The notes below the pieces were generated by a model, which saw only the letters and a program-made list of their open reading frames with translations, was not told where the DNA came from and did not search any database. This document shows positions 25,125 to 41,997 of a DNA stretch of 64,000 nucleotides, in pieces. Within the stretch, counting starts at the first letter, position 1. Each line of letters begins with the position of its first letter. The stretch covers positions 124,001-188,000 of the forward strand of contig NW_003314347.1 of the NCBI RefSeq assembly GCF_000143415.4. Direction: 5' to 3'. This stretch comes from Selaginella moellendorffii. Lineage: Eukaryota > Plantae > Lycopodiophyta. The position numbers and the translations under genes were made by a program.

Positions 25125-25789
25125 TTTAATGTTTAATTTCTAATATGAAGAACTTACTAGTAAGTTAACATTGAACATATCCACTTTGAGCAGCAAGACT
25201 ATGCTCACAAAGTTAGCATTGTTGGGAAGATATGCCTGGTGCAAGTGTCATAGTCCTTTCCTCTTGAACGAAAAAGAACGTTTTGAAAAAGATAAGCCTT
25301 GAAATGTTGAATAGGTGAAAGATTAATCACCACTGGAAAAAATAACATGTGTTTTGTCTATCAGTGACAGTCCGAAGGTTAAGAGTATTATTATGAAATC
25401 TTACCACCAAGGCTTTGATCTTACCACCAAGGCTTTGATCAAATACATATAATTTTTTATTTTTAGGTTACGTTTATGTCTGAGTAATATATTGATGTTT
25501 TTAAATATTTATTATCCAAGTCATTTTAAATTTCAGTAAGGTTCACTTTTTATAATTTAGGAAAAAAATTTCTTGTTTAAAGTAAAAAAAGTTATTTATT
25601 TATCTGGGAATGTATGGAAAAATTAATAAACATGATGAAGTTGAGGTATGTTTTTTTAAAGACAAAGTATAATTATAAATAGTGTTTGTTCAAAGTTTAA
25701 ACTCTGATTATTTATAATACTGGAAAATCACAACCGTTTGATTGAGAAATGTCCTGAAATATACCTGAATATTCTAGGATTATTCCTTA

Positions 25790-26380
25790 CACCTTTAAGA
25801 GTAGTCATTGTCATATTCATAAAATGACCAAAATATATTTTACAATATAGAATGTGGAGAAGGCAAAACCATATTTGATAGGATTGATGTAATTTTAGTA
25901 AATGCTAAGGTAATACTCAAGATATGGATTTATATTCTCCAAGTATTAATAAAAGAACTATTAAAATATTAGAAATATGTAATGCATCTGTTCTCTAAGA
26001 TGCACAAGAAAGAAATATATTTTTGATACTAGATCAGATACTAATACAATTTTCATATATAGTAAAATTGAAAAGCAATCTAACACTAATCCATGATAAA
26101 CTAAATACTCTTAAAAATTTGACATATTCCATAAATAAAAACAACTTTATTTATTATTATACATATTTAACTTATTATTAAAGATAAATAAATATTGTGT
26201 TCTTCCTAAGATAATATTGACCATTAGGTCATGTATGCATTCTATTGGTTTTCAAAGAAAGATATGCTCCCGTTTAAAGGCATGATCTAAAAGGCCAACA
26301 ATCAGGTCCAGAATACAAAACCAAAGTTGAGTATTTTGAAACATTAAACATGTATACTTGGATTTGAAATTCCTAAATAC
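25790..26380 (-). pseudogene. Decayed duplicate of part of the bulb-lectin gene and its 3' flank
   Basis: 26208-26375 matches 17630-17825 with deletions; 25800-26190 matches 16940-17310. Confidence 0.75.
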
Positions 26381-26384
26381 TAAA

Positions 26385-26906
26385 TCGACATGTATGGAAA
26401 ATGTGGAGATATTGGAGAGGCCAAGGCTGTGTTTGGTGCGATGCGGACCAAAAACGAGGTGACATGGAATGCCATGATGGCTGCATATGCCCAGAACGGG
26501 CATTCCAATTTGGCAATCCGGCTGTTCCAGCTCATGAGCGTCGAAGGTGTCAAGCCCGACGACGCTAACTTTGTGAGCGTGTTGGAAGCTTGTGGTGACG
26601 CTGGAGATCTAACGGTTGGTCGACTGATTCACAGTTTTGCTGCTCAAAGTGGGTACGATTCAAACCTGATGGTGGCAACTTCGCTGCTAAACATGTACAG
26701 TAGATCGAGAGAGTTTGATCGGGCAAGAGAGATTTTGACAGTGCTGAAAGCAAAGACGTTGTTTTGTGGACTGCTCTGCTGGTCGCATATGTCCAGAGCG
26801 GGCATGGCAAGGAAGGGTTTCGAGTTTTCGTTTGCATGGACCTGGAGGGATTTACACTGGACGAGGCTTGTTTCATCGGTGCTCTCGACGCTTGTGGGAG
26901 TGTCCT
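26385..26906 (+). pseudogene. Inverted ~520-bp PPR fragment copied from ~19110-19632
   Basis: Near-identical to the reverse complement of the internal part of PPR 18488-20206, with a 1-nt frameshift near 26735. Confidence 0.9.
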
Positions 26907-27103
26907 ATAACTTTCACCAATAGTTTCATCAACAAACAAAAGCTCTTTAATGCCACAAAACTGCTCAATTTGTGACTTCGAACATACTTGCAAAAGAATA
27001 CAGTCAATTTCTAATCGCATGGGAACGAACGGGACAAACCAAGGAGAAGTCAGAGAGTAAATCTTATGGATTCATATAAGAGACCACGCACAAGGGCGAC
27101 GAA

Positions 27104-28858
<1,755 letters not shown>

Positions 28859-29081
28859 GGCTGAAAATCCCCCTTTCTTCCCGGCCCAGCGCCCCGCGCG
28901 GCCGCGCTCTCTCTCGCGCGCGCCTTGACCTAATCTAGATCCAAAATATCGCCATAGCCAATTCTCTTCACTCTCACCCTCGCAAGCCCTAATCGCATCT
29001 AAGGATATTCCACAATGTCCAAATTTGACCCGACCCTACTAGACCTAATATATAAAGACTTACGTTTAAACGTTTATATAG

Positions 29082-30368
29082 TTATGATTTCTGGGAGAGC
29101 TTGAGTAAGATTGCGCCAATTCGGTCCTCAAACCCAAGCCTATAGTTATCGTAGAAGTCAAATATTTGCATTGCTATGTTCTTGATCTGGAGCACGGCAG
29201 ATCCAGGAGTTAAAATACGAACAAGAACGCGCAAAAGAGTCTCGTCACTCACCACGGTCATGTCCACCCTCGACTCCTCGAACCAGAGGCGATTGTCCCG
29301 CTCGTTGATCACGCACGAGATGTAGATGCACGCCAGAGCGATCATGTAAGGTGGATGCATCAGTATGAGATCGGTTCCATACGAATCGTTCACTATGGAC
29401 CTGCAAGGCAAGCACGGCGTGATTGACAGCTTAGAAACGAGACGCAAAGTGTTACCAGCACATCTCGATCATGTCCGACAGGCCAGCGTCTCGCAGCAGC
29501 CTGAAAGTATAATCAATCATCCAGAACAGAAGATCTAGGAAGCTCTAAAAAGCAAGACTTACTGGACAAGCGGCCTGTAAGGATGATAGATAACTAAGTA
29601 GTAATCTAGCGCCTCCAGGAGCTTCATTTCCATTTCCAGGATGTCTTTGATGTCGTAGCGAAAGCCATTCTCATCTGACCCTGCATTTCAAGGAAGTGAA
29701 AGTCAGTGAAGCTGCTGAACTAAAGAATGCGAGGTACCTACCGATTTGTTTCATGTAGAATATGAGAAGCTTGGCTTGAACGGTACTCTCTTCGGCTTTT
29801 GAAGCGAGGTACAGGCATGTCGGTGCCACAAGCCGAGGATCATACTCTGAAAAGCTTTTCCTGTAAAACAAGTTTCGTAAGCACACCAAAAGAAGAATTC
29901 TTCAGTAGAGTTACCTGGTGTAAACCCGTCGGAAATATGCGATCGCTGTCGCCACAACACTGCATTGATCAAAATCCCAAAGTCAATCCGAAATGATCCA
30001 AAGAGAAAACGAAGAAAGATTCAGAGAGCTAGCTAGAACGAAGAAAGAAAAAAAAAAGATTGAGAGAAGCTACCGTTGGCGAACTTTTGCACGCTGTGCC
30101 AATTTCTTTATGTCTGCCCAGTTAATGAAGCAAAAGTGTTATACGCTTCTTTGGAACTCACGAAACTCACAAGAAGAGAAGTAGATCTTGATGATCTTCA
30201 CATCCTCCTGCGTGAGGCCACGGTCGCGATCGTCGTTAGAAACCACTGAAATCTCCTCCTGCTCAAGCAGCCTCTTGCTGCGGGAAACCACAATTCAGCA
30301 ATGCGGCAGCACGGCGATGGCGATCGCGATTCATACCAGTGAGACGACGTCCAGAAATTCGCTGCCAT
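29082..30368 (-). CDS. CYCC1: Cyclin C (Mediator kinase module), multi-exon
   Basis: MAANFWTSSHC…KVRQRVVATAIAYFRRVY…PTCLYLASKAEE…LLEALDYYLVIYHPYR…HPPYMIALACIY, with canonical GT-AG introns. Confidence 0.95.
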
Positions 30369-30456
30369 GCGCCGCCGCCTCCTCGCCAAGCATTAGGGTA
30401 AAGAAAAATCCCGAGCGAGAGAACTAATTGTTTGTCCGCCCTATTTTTCTGTGGCT

Positions 30457-31377
30457 ATGGCGGCAATGGCCTCCATCGCGACAACCTCGAGAAATCTCGG
30501 CGGCGCCTTCGTCAATCCATCGTCCACGCCTCGGCGGAGGATCCATGTCGTGCGGGCGTCCTGTGAGTGCGTTCTTTGTTTCGATTTCTCGCGGATTGTT
30601 TGCTCGCCGATGCTGTGATTCCTGGCCTTGCTTTGCATGGATTGATTCGAATGCGATGCTTTCTCGCTTCCAGTGCTTCGTTTTCTACTGCTTCTAAATG
30701 TGTTTTTTTCTAGCGGAGCCTTCCTCCAAGAGCATCGAGAATATGCGCAAATTCTCGGAGCAGTACGCTAGACGATCTGGGACTTACTTTTGCGCGGACA
30801 AGAGCGTCACTTCTGTGGTGATCAAGGTTTGTTCTCTCTGTGTTTTCTTCTTCTCTTCTGTTTGTAGTGGATTCCAGCTCTAGCTCCTTTGCTCTCGAAT
30901 TTTCAATGACACTGGGAGTTACAGGGTCTAGCGGAGCACAAAGACACCTTGGGAGCTCCGCTGTGTCCTTGCCGGTAGAATCATATTCTTCACTCTAGAG
31001 CTTCGTGAATTCACTCTGGATGCTTCTATGGCAGGCATTACGATGACAAACCCGCGGAAGCGTCACAAGGATTTTGGAACTGCCCTTGCGTTCCCATGAG
31101 GGAAAGGTTGGATCCTTCTTTCTTTTCTTCGTGATCTTGGTTTTTTCTTTCTTTTCATCTTCACTCGCAAACGATTTGCTTTACAGGAAGGAATGTCACT
31201 GCATGCTCTTCCTCACTCCAGAGAACGATTTTGCTGGCAAAGACCAAGTAAGATTTCCAGAGAAAAAAAAAAAGTATTTCCAATCGATCGCCACGAACTA
31301 ACGATATGTTTCGATCTTCCAAACTCTAGACGATCTCTGCGGACGAAATCAAGGACCTCACGGCGAGCCTCGGATGA
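30457..31377 (+). CDS. FTRC: Ferredoxin-thioredoxin reductase catalytic subunit with a plastid transit peptide
   Basis: MRKFSEQYAR…LGAPLCPCRHY…WNCPCVPMRERKECHCMLFLT over 6 exons; TGA at 31375-31377. Confidence 0.95.
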
Positions 31378-31708
31378 TCATATCACGCATGAATGTAGTG
31401 TCGGTCTCATAAACGATGCCGTACATGAGAATATTTTATAATTAGATTCCGGTACGGCACTGGACGCCAAAGATTATACCGTCTCACGCAATCGTGAAAG
31501 AGAAACATAGGTCGGTCCCATTCTAGGGCTAACGTCTCTAAGTGGAGAGAACGCGGCTTCGATCGATTTCTTCCTTTGCTCCGCCGCGCCAGCGTGTAGT
31601 GAATCGAGGTGAGAGATTCGTGTTGCAGCGCTCGCAGCGTCGATTTCTGGAAATTTCGGCCCCCTTGATTGGAATCCTTTGCGTCTAGCAGTCTCGGATT
31701 AGAACAGG

Positions 31709-34299
<2,591 letters not shown>

Positions 34300-34546
34300 A
34301 TTCTCGCTAGCGCTCGCGCTTTTTTACACTCGTTTTCTCCAAGTGGGAAAGATTTTTGGTGTTGCAGCACTGAACTAAAGTTCTCCAAAATAGAATTTTA
34401 GAAAGATCCCTTTCCTCCCGCCAAAGCATCTTCTCTGAATCTACGTGGCACCTTGGCAGGCGGACACGTGTCCTGGGTACCAACTGGCGGCTAGGGCTTT
34501 TTAAAGTTTTCTTGTTCTTTCTCTTGTTTTGGGGGGAGGAAGAGCG

Positions 34547-35359
34547 ATGGCCGTCGCGCGGGGCGGAGGAGGAGCGAATGCTGCGAATGGAGTGGCGGCG
34601 CTGGATCATCCACCGCCGGCGCAGCAGCAGCAGCAGCGGCAGGAATGCGCGGGATTCATGGCGCTCGCTCGCGATTACTTGGGCGAGCTCGTTTCGGGAT
34701 CCAAGCAGGGCAGGGACAGCGTCTTGGCAAGGATGCGAGCTCTGGCCTACGATAAAGGCCCCAGAGCCCAAATCGCCGCTAGGCAAACCATGGCGGATCT
34801 CCATCGCTGGATGCAGGAGAGCGGCCATCTCAAGATCACCCTTCTTGGTGCTGTGAGTATTCTCTCTAATCTTTTCTTCGATGATGAGCGAAAGATTTCT
34901 TTTTCTCCAGGTTGGGCTGGTTGGATTGGCGGCATTGGCAGCGCTCGCAACGTTTGTGGTGGTGTTCGTATCAGCGACCGCAAATGCGATGATGATCAGC
35001 TTGATACTCTCGATCTCGCTGGTGGGATTTTTGATGGCTTCCTTCTTCACGTCCCTCACGGCTGTGTATGTTGGAGCGCTCCTGGCGGCCGGAGTTACCA
35101 TCTCCAGCCTCACATTCTTTAGCATCTGCGGGATGATCATGGCTGCCGGTACTACTTCACTACTCTCGTATAGCTTTGTTCTTGGATCTTAGAAAAACTC
35201 GTTTTTTGGATGGCAGGATGGTTCACGTTTTCGTGGGGGATTTGGAACTTCGTCCGGAAGATCTTCCAGATTGTAAGATACTCGGCTGGATCCGTGTGGA
35301 GCGCGCTATCATCGCAGCCAGCGGCAGAGATCAGTGTCGAGAGCCTCAAGCAGCAGTAA
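34547..35359 (+). CDS. LDIP: LDIP-like lipid-droplet protein (LDAF1/promethin-related)
   Basis: Three exons with a long hydrophobic hairpin (FVSATANAMMISLILSISLVGFLMASFF…VYVGAL…|GWFTFSWGIW) that resembles Arabidopsis LDIP as I recall it. Confidence 0.8.
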
Positions 35360-35612
35360 AAATCTTGATTTTAGAACCAAAATTCCATCAATCAGGTGTA
35401 TTTTTTGGGGAGGAATTAAGATCATTGAATCTTTCGAAAAACCATCGAAAGAAAGAATTGTAAGATCATTGACTTTCCAAGTTCTTCCTACTGTACAGTT
35501 GGAGGCACGAGAGAGAGAGAGAGAACGAAAGAAAGAACTTTTGTTTCCTTCCATTGCTATATCGCTAGATAGCCAAGAGAAAGAAGAGATGAAGAGCAAA
35601 GGGTTGATCCTC

Positions 35613-36064
35613 TCAAGAACTCGTGTACTTGGTGACGGCCTTGGTCCCCTCGGACACGGCGTGCTTGGCGAGCTCTCCCGGGAGAATCAACCTCACCCCG
35701 GTCTGGATCTCGCGAGAGGTGACGGTGGGCTTCTTGTTGTAGAGCGCCAGCCGCGACGCCTCCTGTGCGAGCTTCTCAAAGATGTCGTTGATGAAGAGTC
35801 CATGATCCCCATAGCCTTGGACGAGATCCCCGTGTCTGGATGGACCTGCTTGAGCACCTTGAAGATGTACGTCTTGTAGCTCTCGGCATTTCGTTTGGCG
35901 CGCTTCTTCTTGCTCGATCCTCCGCCGCCGCCGCCTCCTCCTCCTGCCCCCGATCCCTCCTTGAGATTGAGCGCTGGCTTCTTCTCCGGCTTGAGCTTGG
36001 GTGGCTGCTTCTCGCCCTTGGCCGCCTTGCTCGCCTTCTGCTCGGACGACGAATCCTTGGCCAT
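35613..36064 (-). CDS. H2B: Histone H2B with an apparent 1-nt frameshift at ~35797 (assembly error or recent pseudogene)
   Basis: [30 protein letters not shown] in one frame, then [16 protein letters not shown]…KAVTKYTSS in another. Confidence 0.9.
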
Positions 36065-36191
36065 GTAGGAAACGAAACTGGAGAGGATCAATCAAAACGC
36101 GAGAGGATTTGCGATCGATCGTGCGAAGAACTGTGGATGCCGCCGCCCTGGGAAAGAAGAACCAGCACAACAACAAACTAACTTGGGGGAG

Positions 36192-36275
36192 ATTATAAAT
36201 GCGCAGCTGGACCAATCAGCGACGCCCAAGGCGATGGCGCGGATCGATCCGCGACGAAGTCATCTTGACCGTTAA
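36192..36275 (-). promoter_or_regulatory. Plant histone promoter: TATA, CCAAT, double octamer palindrome CGCGGATC-GATCCGCG (36238-36253), MSA-like AACGG
   Basis: Exact plant histone Oct motif in both orientations ~175 bp upstream of the H2B ATG. Confidence 0.8.
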
Positions 36276-36409
36276 AAGTGCAACGTCGGATACACGTGTC
36301 AATTTTCTAAGCTTGCGACGTGGCTACTCTTCCGAGGAAACTTGGCTACAGCGAAGAAAAATGCCCTTTATAAAGATCACTCTATCATAGTAGTTTTGCT
36401 AGTTTCGTA

Positions 36410-38081
36410 TTAGGATTGTGGCGATTTCTCGGCGGAAGACTCGTTCGGGAGTTTGTGTTCTTGCGATGGCGATGGCGATGGCGGGGAGGAGATTGCGATA
36501 CATTCCTGGTGGCGGAAGCAGTGGAGGACGTGATCGTTCGTCATCCCGGCGGCTTGCATGAACGAGTACATGATGGTCGGCCCGACGAAACGGAAGCCCC
36601 GCTTCATGAGATCCCGGCTCATCAAGTCCGACTTTGCCGACTTGATTGGCACTTGCTGCGGCGTCCGGTACCGGTTGACGATCGGCTTGTGGCTCAGGAA
36701 GTTCCACACGAACTTGTCCAGAGATCCAAACTCTTGCACCACCTGGAAGAGAATGAATCACGATATGGAAACTTTGGAATTGTTTGTCTCACCTCGACTA
36801 TGCACTTTGCGTTGTCGACGATTTGCCGTATCTTCCCTTCGTGCTGGAGTATTTCCGGATCAGCAGACAGGGAAGAGATCTTCGCCTCATCGAACTTCGA
36901 CACAACCTCGGCATCGAATCCAGCGAACGCAGCTCTAGAGAACACAAAAAAAAACTCTTTTTAGTAGGAAGAACGAGCTCGTTTCTTTTTCTTTACCTGT
37001 AGTGCTCTCGCTTGCTCAGTAGTGCAGACCAGCTTAGCTCGGCCTGCGCACCAGCAAACACTAAAAGCTCGAATAGCTTCCTAAAAAACGAAGATCAACA
37101 AGTTGATGAGAGAAGAAAACGAGCTTACTTATCATCGTGGACGGGAACGCCCCACTCGGAATCGTGATACTCGACATACGCCGGGTCTGTAGCCACGAGA
37201 CACGCTCTTTTCAGTAGCAAAAAACTAAGCTAGAATGAATGCAAGCAAGAACGAGCACAAGAAACGAAAAAAAGAATCGCGGAAACTTACGTACCACTCT
37301 GAGGTGTGATCCACGAGCAGCGTTTTTTATCTGGAGCGGCCGATGCCAAGTCGACCAATCCCTCGGGAGCCACCCGCCCGGCCTTCGGCGAGCTTTGCTT
37401 CTTCCACCCGGGATGGATCGACCTCGGGCTCCTGATCGGACTGTAAGAGCTCCCGGGAGCTCGAGACCCTCGCGGCGAGCTCAAGATCAAAGGTGGCGGA
37501 GGAGGAGCCTCGATCTCCTTCTCCGCGAACGTAACAGCCTCCGGCACCGCAAACGTCACCTTCTTCTTCTTCTTGGCGCTCTCGTCCGCCGCCGCCACCT
37601 CCGCCAGTGACTTCCAAGGTGGCGGCGAAGGATCCTCCACGCAGCTGCTACAGCTGCTGGAAGACTCCTCGTCGGTGGTGCAGTTCTTGGCGATGGCCAT
37701 GGCTTCCTCTTTGTCGTGGGAATTCGAGCTGGAATTGGTGGTGGAGTCGGAGTAGAGGCCGTAAGTGAAGCTGAAGAACATCGGTGTTGGCGGATCCATG
37801 ATCAAGCCATCTTTCCTCAGCGGGCTCTGGTAGTCCAATCCTTCGCCACCATTGCAGTGTTGATCGTCACTACTGCTCACTTCTATCGTGTCGAAGCTGG
37901 AAACCTTCTTGAGAATCGGCGATGGCCGCTTGATCTTCTCCTTTTCCTCCTCCTCCTCCTTTTCCTCGTCGCCATTCTTCTTCTTCTTCGCGGGGCTGAG
38001 AGCTTTGCTCCACTGGTTTCTCCTCACCACTCTCACATTGCTTGGATGCTGCTGGAGTGGTCTTCCTATAGACATAGACAT
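36410..38081 (-). CDS. DNA-3-methyladenine glycosylase I (TAG) family protein with a long low-complexity N-terminus
   Basis: KRCSWITPQS|DPAYVEYHDSEWGVPVHD…LFELLVFAGAQAELSW…GFRFVGPTIMYSFMQAAGMTNDH. Confidence 0.93.
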
Positions 38082-39596
38082 TCTCTTCTCTCTTGTGTTC
38101 TTCCTGTTGCTACGTTCCAGCTACCGTGAAGGCGAAGTTCTTCGTTTTCTCTGTGGGGTATCGGTTAGCTTGCACTGCAAGATCATCACCCACAACTCGC
38201 CACCTAACTAGGCGACTGGCGAGATCTAGAGCGCCACCATCGAGATTAGCTTAGCCATCCTGCCTTGGCTGTTCATCCATGTCGCCTTCCTTGAAAGCCT
38301 CCCCAATCTATGATGCTATGGTGCTAGGACAGGAGGAGTAGCAAACTTGCCTCGAAAGCTTTGGGAAGAAGCCATGCCTGCCCCTGTTCATCTATGATCG
38401 AGCGAGCTAGCCGCTATCCTATGCCGAAATCCCGAAGAAATGGAGCTCTAGAACTCCATATCTCCCATCCCCGGGAAACCCAATCCAATGCTGCCAAAAT
38501 GGTACCTGGATCCAGCTCCTGCGCGAGAACCCATCACTGTAAAACGCTCGCTCGCTCGCTCGCTCGCTATGGTGCTGGAGAAGCAGAAACAATGTGACCC
38601 GAAAGAAACCCCTTTATCTTCTTCTTCTTCTTTCTCTCTTTCCCTCTCGTTGCTCAGAGCTCCAGATTGACGGGGACGCCACAATGCCAGTCGCTAGTGC
38701 CTTGAATCACCACACACATCAACATTCGCATTGATTGATTCGTCGCCCATCTCTTCTCGCGCTGGAGCTGGAGAGAAACAAGAGAGAAAACTAAAGAAGA
38801 ACAAAGCACGCACACGCACCACCAGTGACACACACTCTCTCTCTCTCTCTCTCTTTTCTTCCAATTCTTTTAGTGACGTGTAAGGACAGCATGTCAGCCT
38901 CGGGCCAGTAGTCGTACGCCACGTCATCCCTGTTTTGTCCTGCCACATGTAATAACCTCCATGAAAGGGAAAGCGGTTTGATTGACTCGATCAAAGCTGA
39001 TGGAAGAAAATTTTTGATTCCACGCAATGTTGAATTTTTGGCTACCGCTTTTTGTGACGTTGGATCGATCATCTAAATCCATCGAATCAGCAACATTGCC
39101 AAACAGCAACATAACAGGAGATGTTTCACCAAAAATATTTTGATGATCAAAAGCACTCAGCAATGATCGTTATGGCTTGCCAGCTATCAAATTTGCTTTG
39201 CAGAAAAGTTGGCGCTCTTTCCCTTTCCAGGAAAAAACTTTAGAACATTGACAATGTTGTCTCAAAAACCTGGAGCATCAAACCATGGATCACTCAAATC
39301 TTCCAGTTAAAGCAAGATCATGGTTTTCTTCTTTTGCTTGCTTGCTAGATCTTTTTTTTTGGGATGGAAAAATGGTTCCATGTGATTGCCAGACAAAGAT
39401 TCATGTTCTTCCAGCCTTTAAGAATAGACACCACACACAAGAGAGAGAGAGAGAGTATATAAAAAAAAACAGCACCTTGGTGGTCAGGAGATCCAACGGC
39501 TGGAATGGACGCATCCAACGGCCGCCAGCCAGCCATCTTCATCAAAGGAAAAACAAAAAAAATGCTCTCCATTTTTCCTCTTCTTTTATAATCATC

Positions 39597-40847
39597 CTAG
39601 CTTTGATTGGCAATGGGATTACAGTACACTCCCCCGAGGGACGCCCGAGCTGCGAAGAACACATTCGTCAAAACTTCGAGAGATTTTGTCACGAAAGAAA
39701 GGAAAGGTTTCTCACATTTTCTGTGCGGCCTCAAAGCATAAGCGGCAACCTCCGCAGCGATGTCGAGCTCGAAAGCTAGAGCTTCGGCGGTTTCCAGCTC
39801 CCGAGCTGCCATCTCGGCTTCCTGCGCCAGAGCATCCGCCTCGGCTACGCGCGTCGCGGCTACCAACGATGCCTCCTCCGACTCCCTAACTATCAGTGTT
39901 GCTGTCTCTATGTCCATCTTTGGCTTCTTCGACTTTACTGCCCTCTTAGCGTCCCGGCCGAATGCTTTCTCGTCGTCGCTGTCGGGCCTCTGTCCTCCCC
40001 TGGGTTTGGAAGAGCCTGTATTGATCTTGTAGTTTTGATCCACCTGCGAGAGCATTCACCGTGGATTGAATCGTTTCATGGCAAAGAAACACGACTTACT
40101 TTCATCAACTTGCCTTGCACTGTCAAAGCTTTTAGCTTCGCGTTCAAAAGTTTCCGAAAGTTTGGCGGAACCATATGATGCTCCTGTAACAGAAAACGGA
40201 TCAAAACCTCGCAGACGATGGAAGAGAAATGTACCTCCACAAAGTTAGCAATCGCCGCACTACTAGAACCACCGGGATGTTTCATAACTATAATGGCTTC
40301 CAAAATAAAGTCGTCATAACTGTGGAAAGCAAGCCCGTAAGTTTCTTCATAGAGATAGGGGGAAACTAGTCACAAAAAGAAAAATTTGTCACCTTTGCGG
40401 ACTTGTTTCACTGGGTGTTGATGCCATCTCTCTCATTTCTTGATAAGCTGCTGGATCGGGGAAAGCTCCCAAGGGGTCAATCTGCAAAGGACTCAATCCA
40501 GCGTCCATGGATTTCCTCATGCCGCCTCCACTCGGCAGTCCCAGGACTTTGGAGGACCTTGGACCACCGGGACCAGAACAAGCACTCAAATTCCTCCATT
40601 TGTCCTGCCAAGACCAAAATCAAAACGAAAGAAGAAGATGAGGAGAGGGAAGAACCAAAGAGAGAAAAGGAAGTTCCAATTTCTCGGGTCACAGTACCTT
40701 CAAGTCGACATTAGAGCGAGATTTGAGAACGGGGCCAAATTTTGGATCCTTCTGGATTGCCCGCCACTTCCCCGCTCCATATTTCTCCACGCCGGCGCGC
40801 AATGCCGCTTCCTCTTCTGGAGTCCATTTCTGTTTCGGCGCTCCCAT
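39597..40847 (-). CDS. TRB: Telomere repeat-binding factor (single Myb histone, TRB/SMH)
   Basis: Telobox Myb [28 protein letters not shown]…RSNVDLK|DKWRNL, an H1/H5 globular domain, and a coiled coil ([16 protein letters not shown]). Confidence 0.93.
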
Positions 40848-41997
40848 TTTACAATGCTAGCAGCTGTGGCTGAGCTCAAGATCATCCACACGCGGAGCTA
40901 CGATAAAACAAGAAGAATCTGGAGATTTCTCCTCCCAGCGCTGTGGAAATCACACCTCACCTGTGGCCCGCGCGCCCAGAGCGGAGCTTTGTGGAGCTTC
41001 CCGCTCCCGGGATTGTCAAGAGCGAAGCAGCGAAGCAGAGAACTCTTCGCCACAAGCCCTAAACCTAATACGTGAGACCTAAAAAAGGGGTTTTAAATGT
41101 TTTCACCGAGTTTAATTAGCGCGCACAAACCTAGGCACCTTTTTATTGAATATGATTCTATAAAATAGTTATTATATGTTATTTAAAATTGAAAAATGCG
41201 ATTTTCTATTTTTTTTAATTATCAATCTGTAACATTTTTTCACTTTTTGAGTTTTAAACATTAGTCTATACATTAATGTTTGTTTTTAAGGGTGCCACGA
41301 ATTTTGAAATAATGATATAAATAAAAACATATAATTACTAACTACTTAATATTTTATGCATAAATAATTTTTATAAATTTTAGCAATTTTTTAAAATATT
41401 CATTGCATCTGTATTTTAAGTAATATTTCTTCCATATTGTTACTTTAAAATATGTTAATGTATTTGCTAAAGTTGATATACGTACATCAACTTAGTTAAT
41501 AAAAAATATTAAAAACTCTCTTGTAATATTAATATTCTACAAATTTTACCAATTTAAAACGATATTCATCTTGCATATAATGTTATAACTTTCAAAGTTC
41601 TTATCTTTTTTGTGATTTAAAAAATAAATTTATTATAAATAAAGAAAATGTAATATCTATTATTGCATTAGTATCACCAGATAAAGTGCACCAAATTTTA
41701 ATTGAAATTATATAAAACTAGCAATAAATAAGTTATTTTTTAGAAGATATTTCCATAGAATAAAAAAGTACAAACTTAACAAGACTAGAATTTTCATTAT
41801 AAAGATATCTAATGTTAATTTTTTCATCAATATTAGCTATATAACTTTTAATATTGTTTTATTTTATTAGAAGATATTGCTTTTTTGCATTCAATAAATA
41901 TAGTTATAATAACTTTTTAATATTGTAAAAATAAAAAATATTTCATCAATTTATAATACTATTTACTATTATTATAAAATTAATAATAAATTCATAT

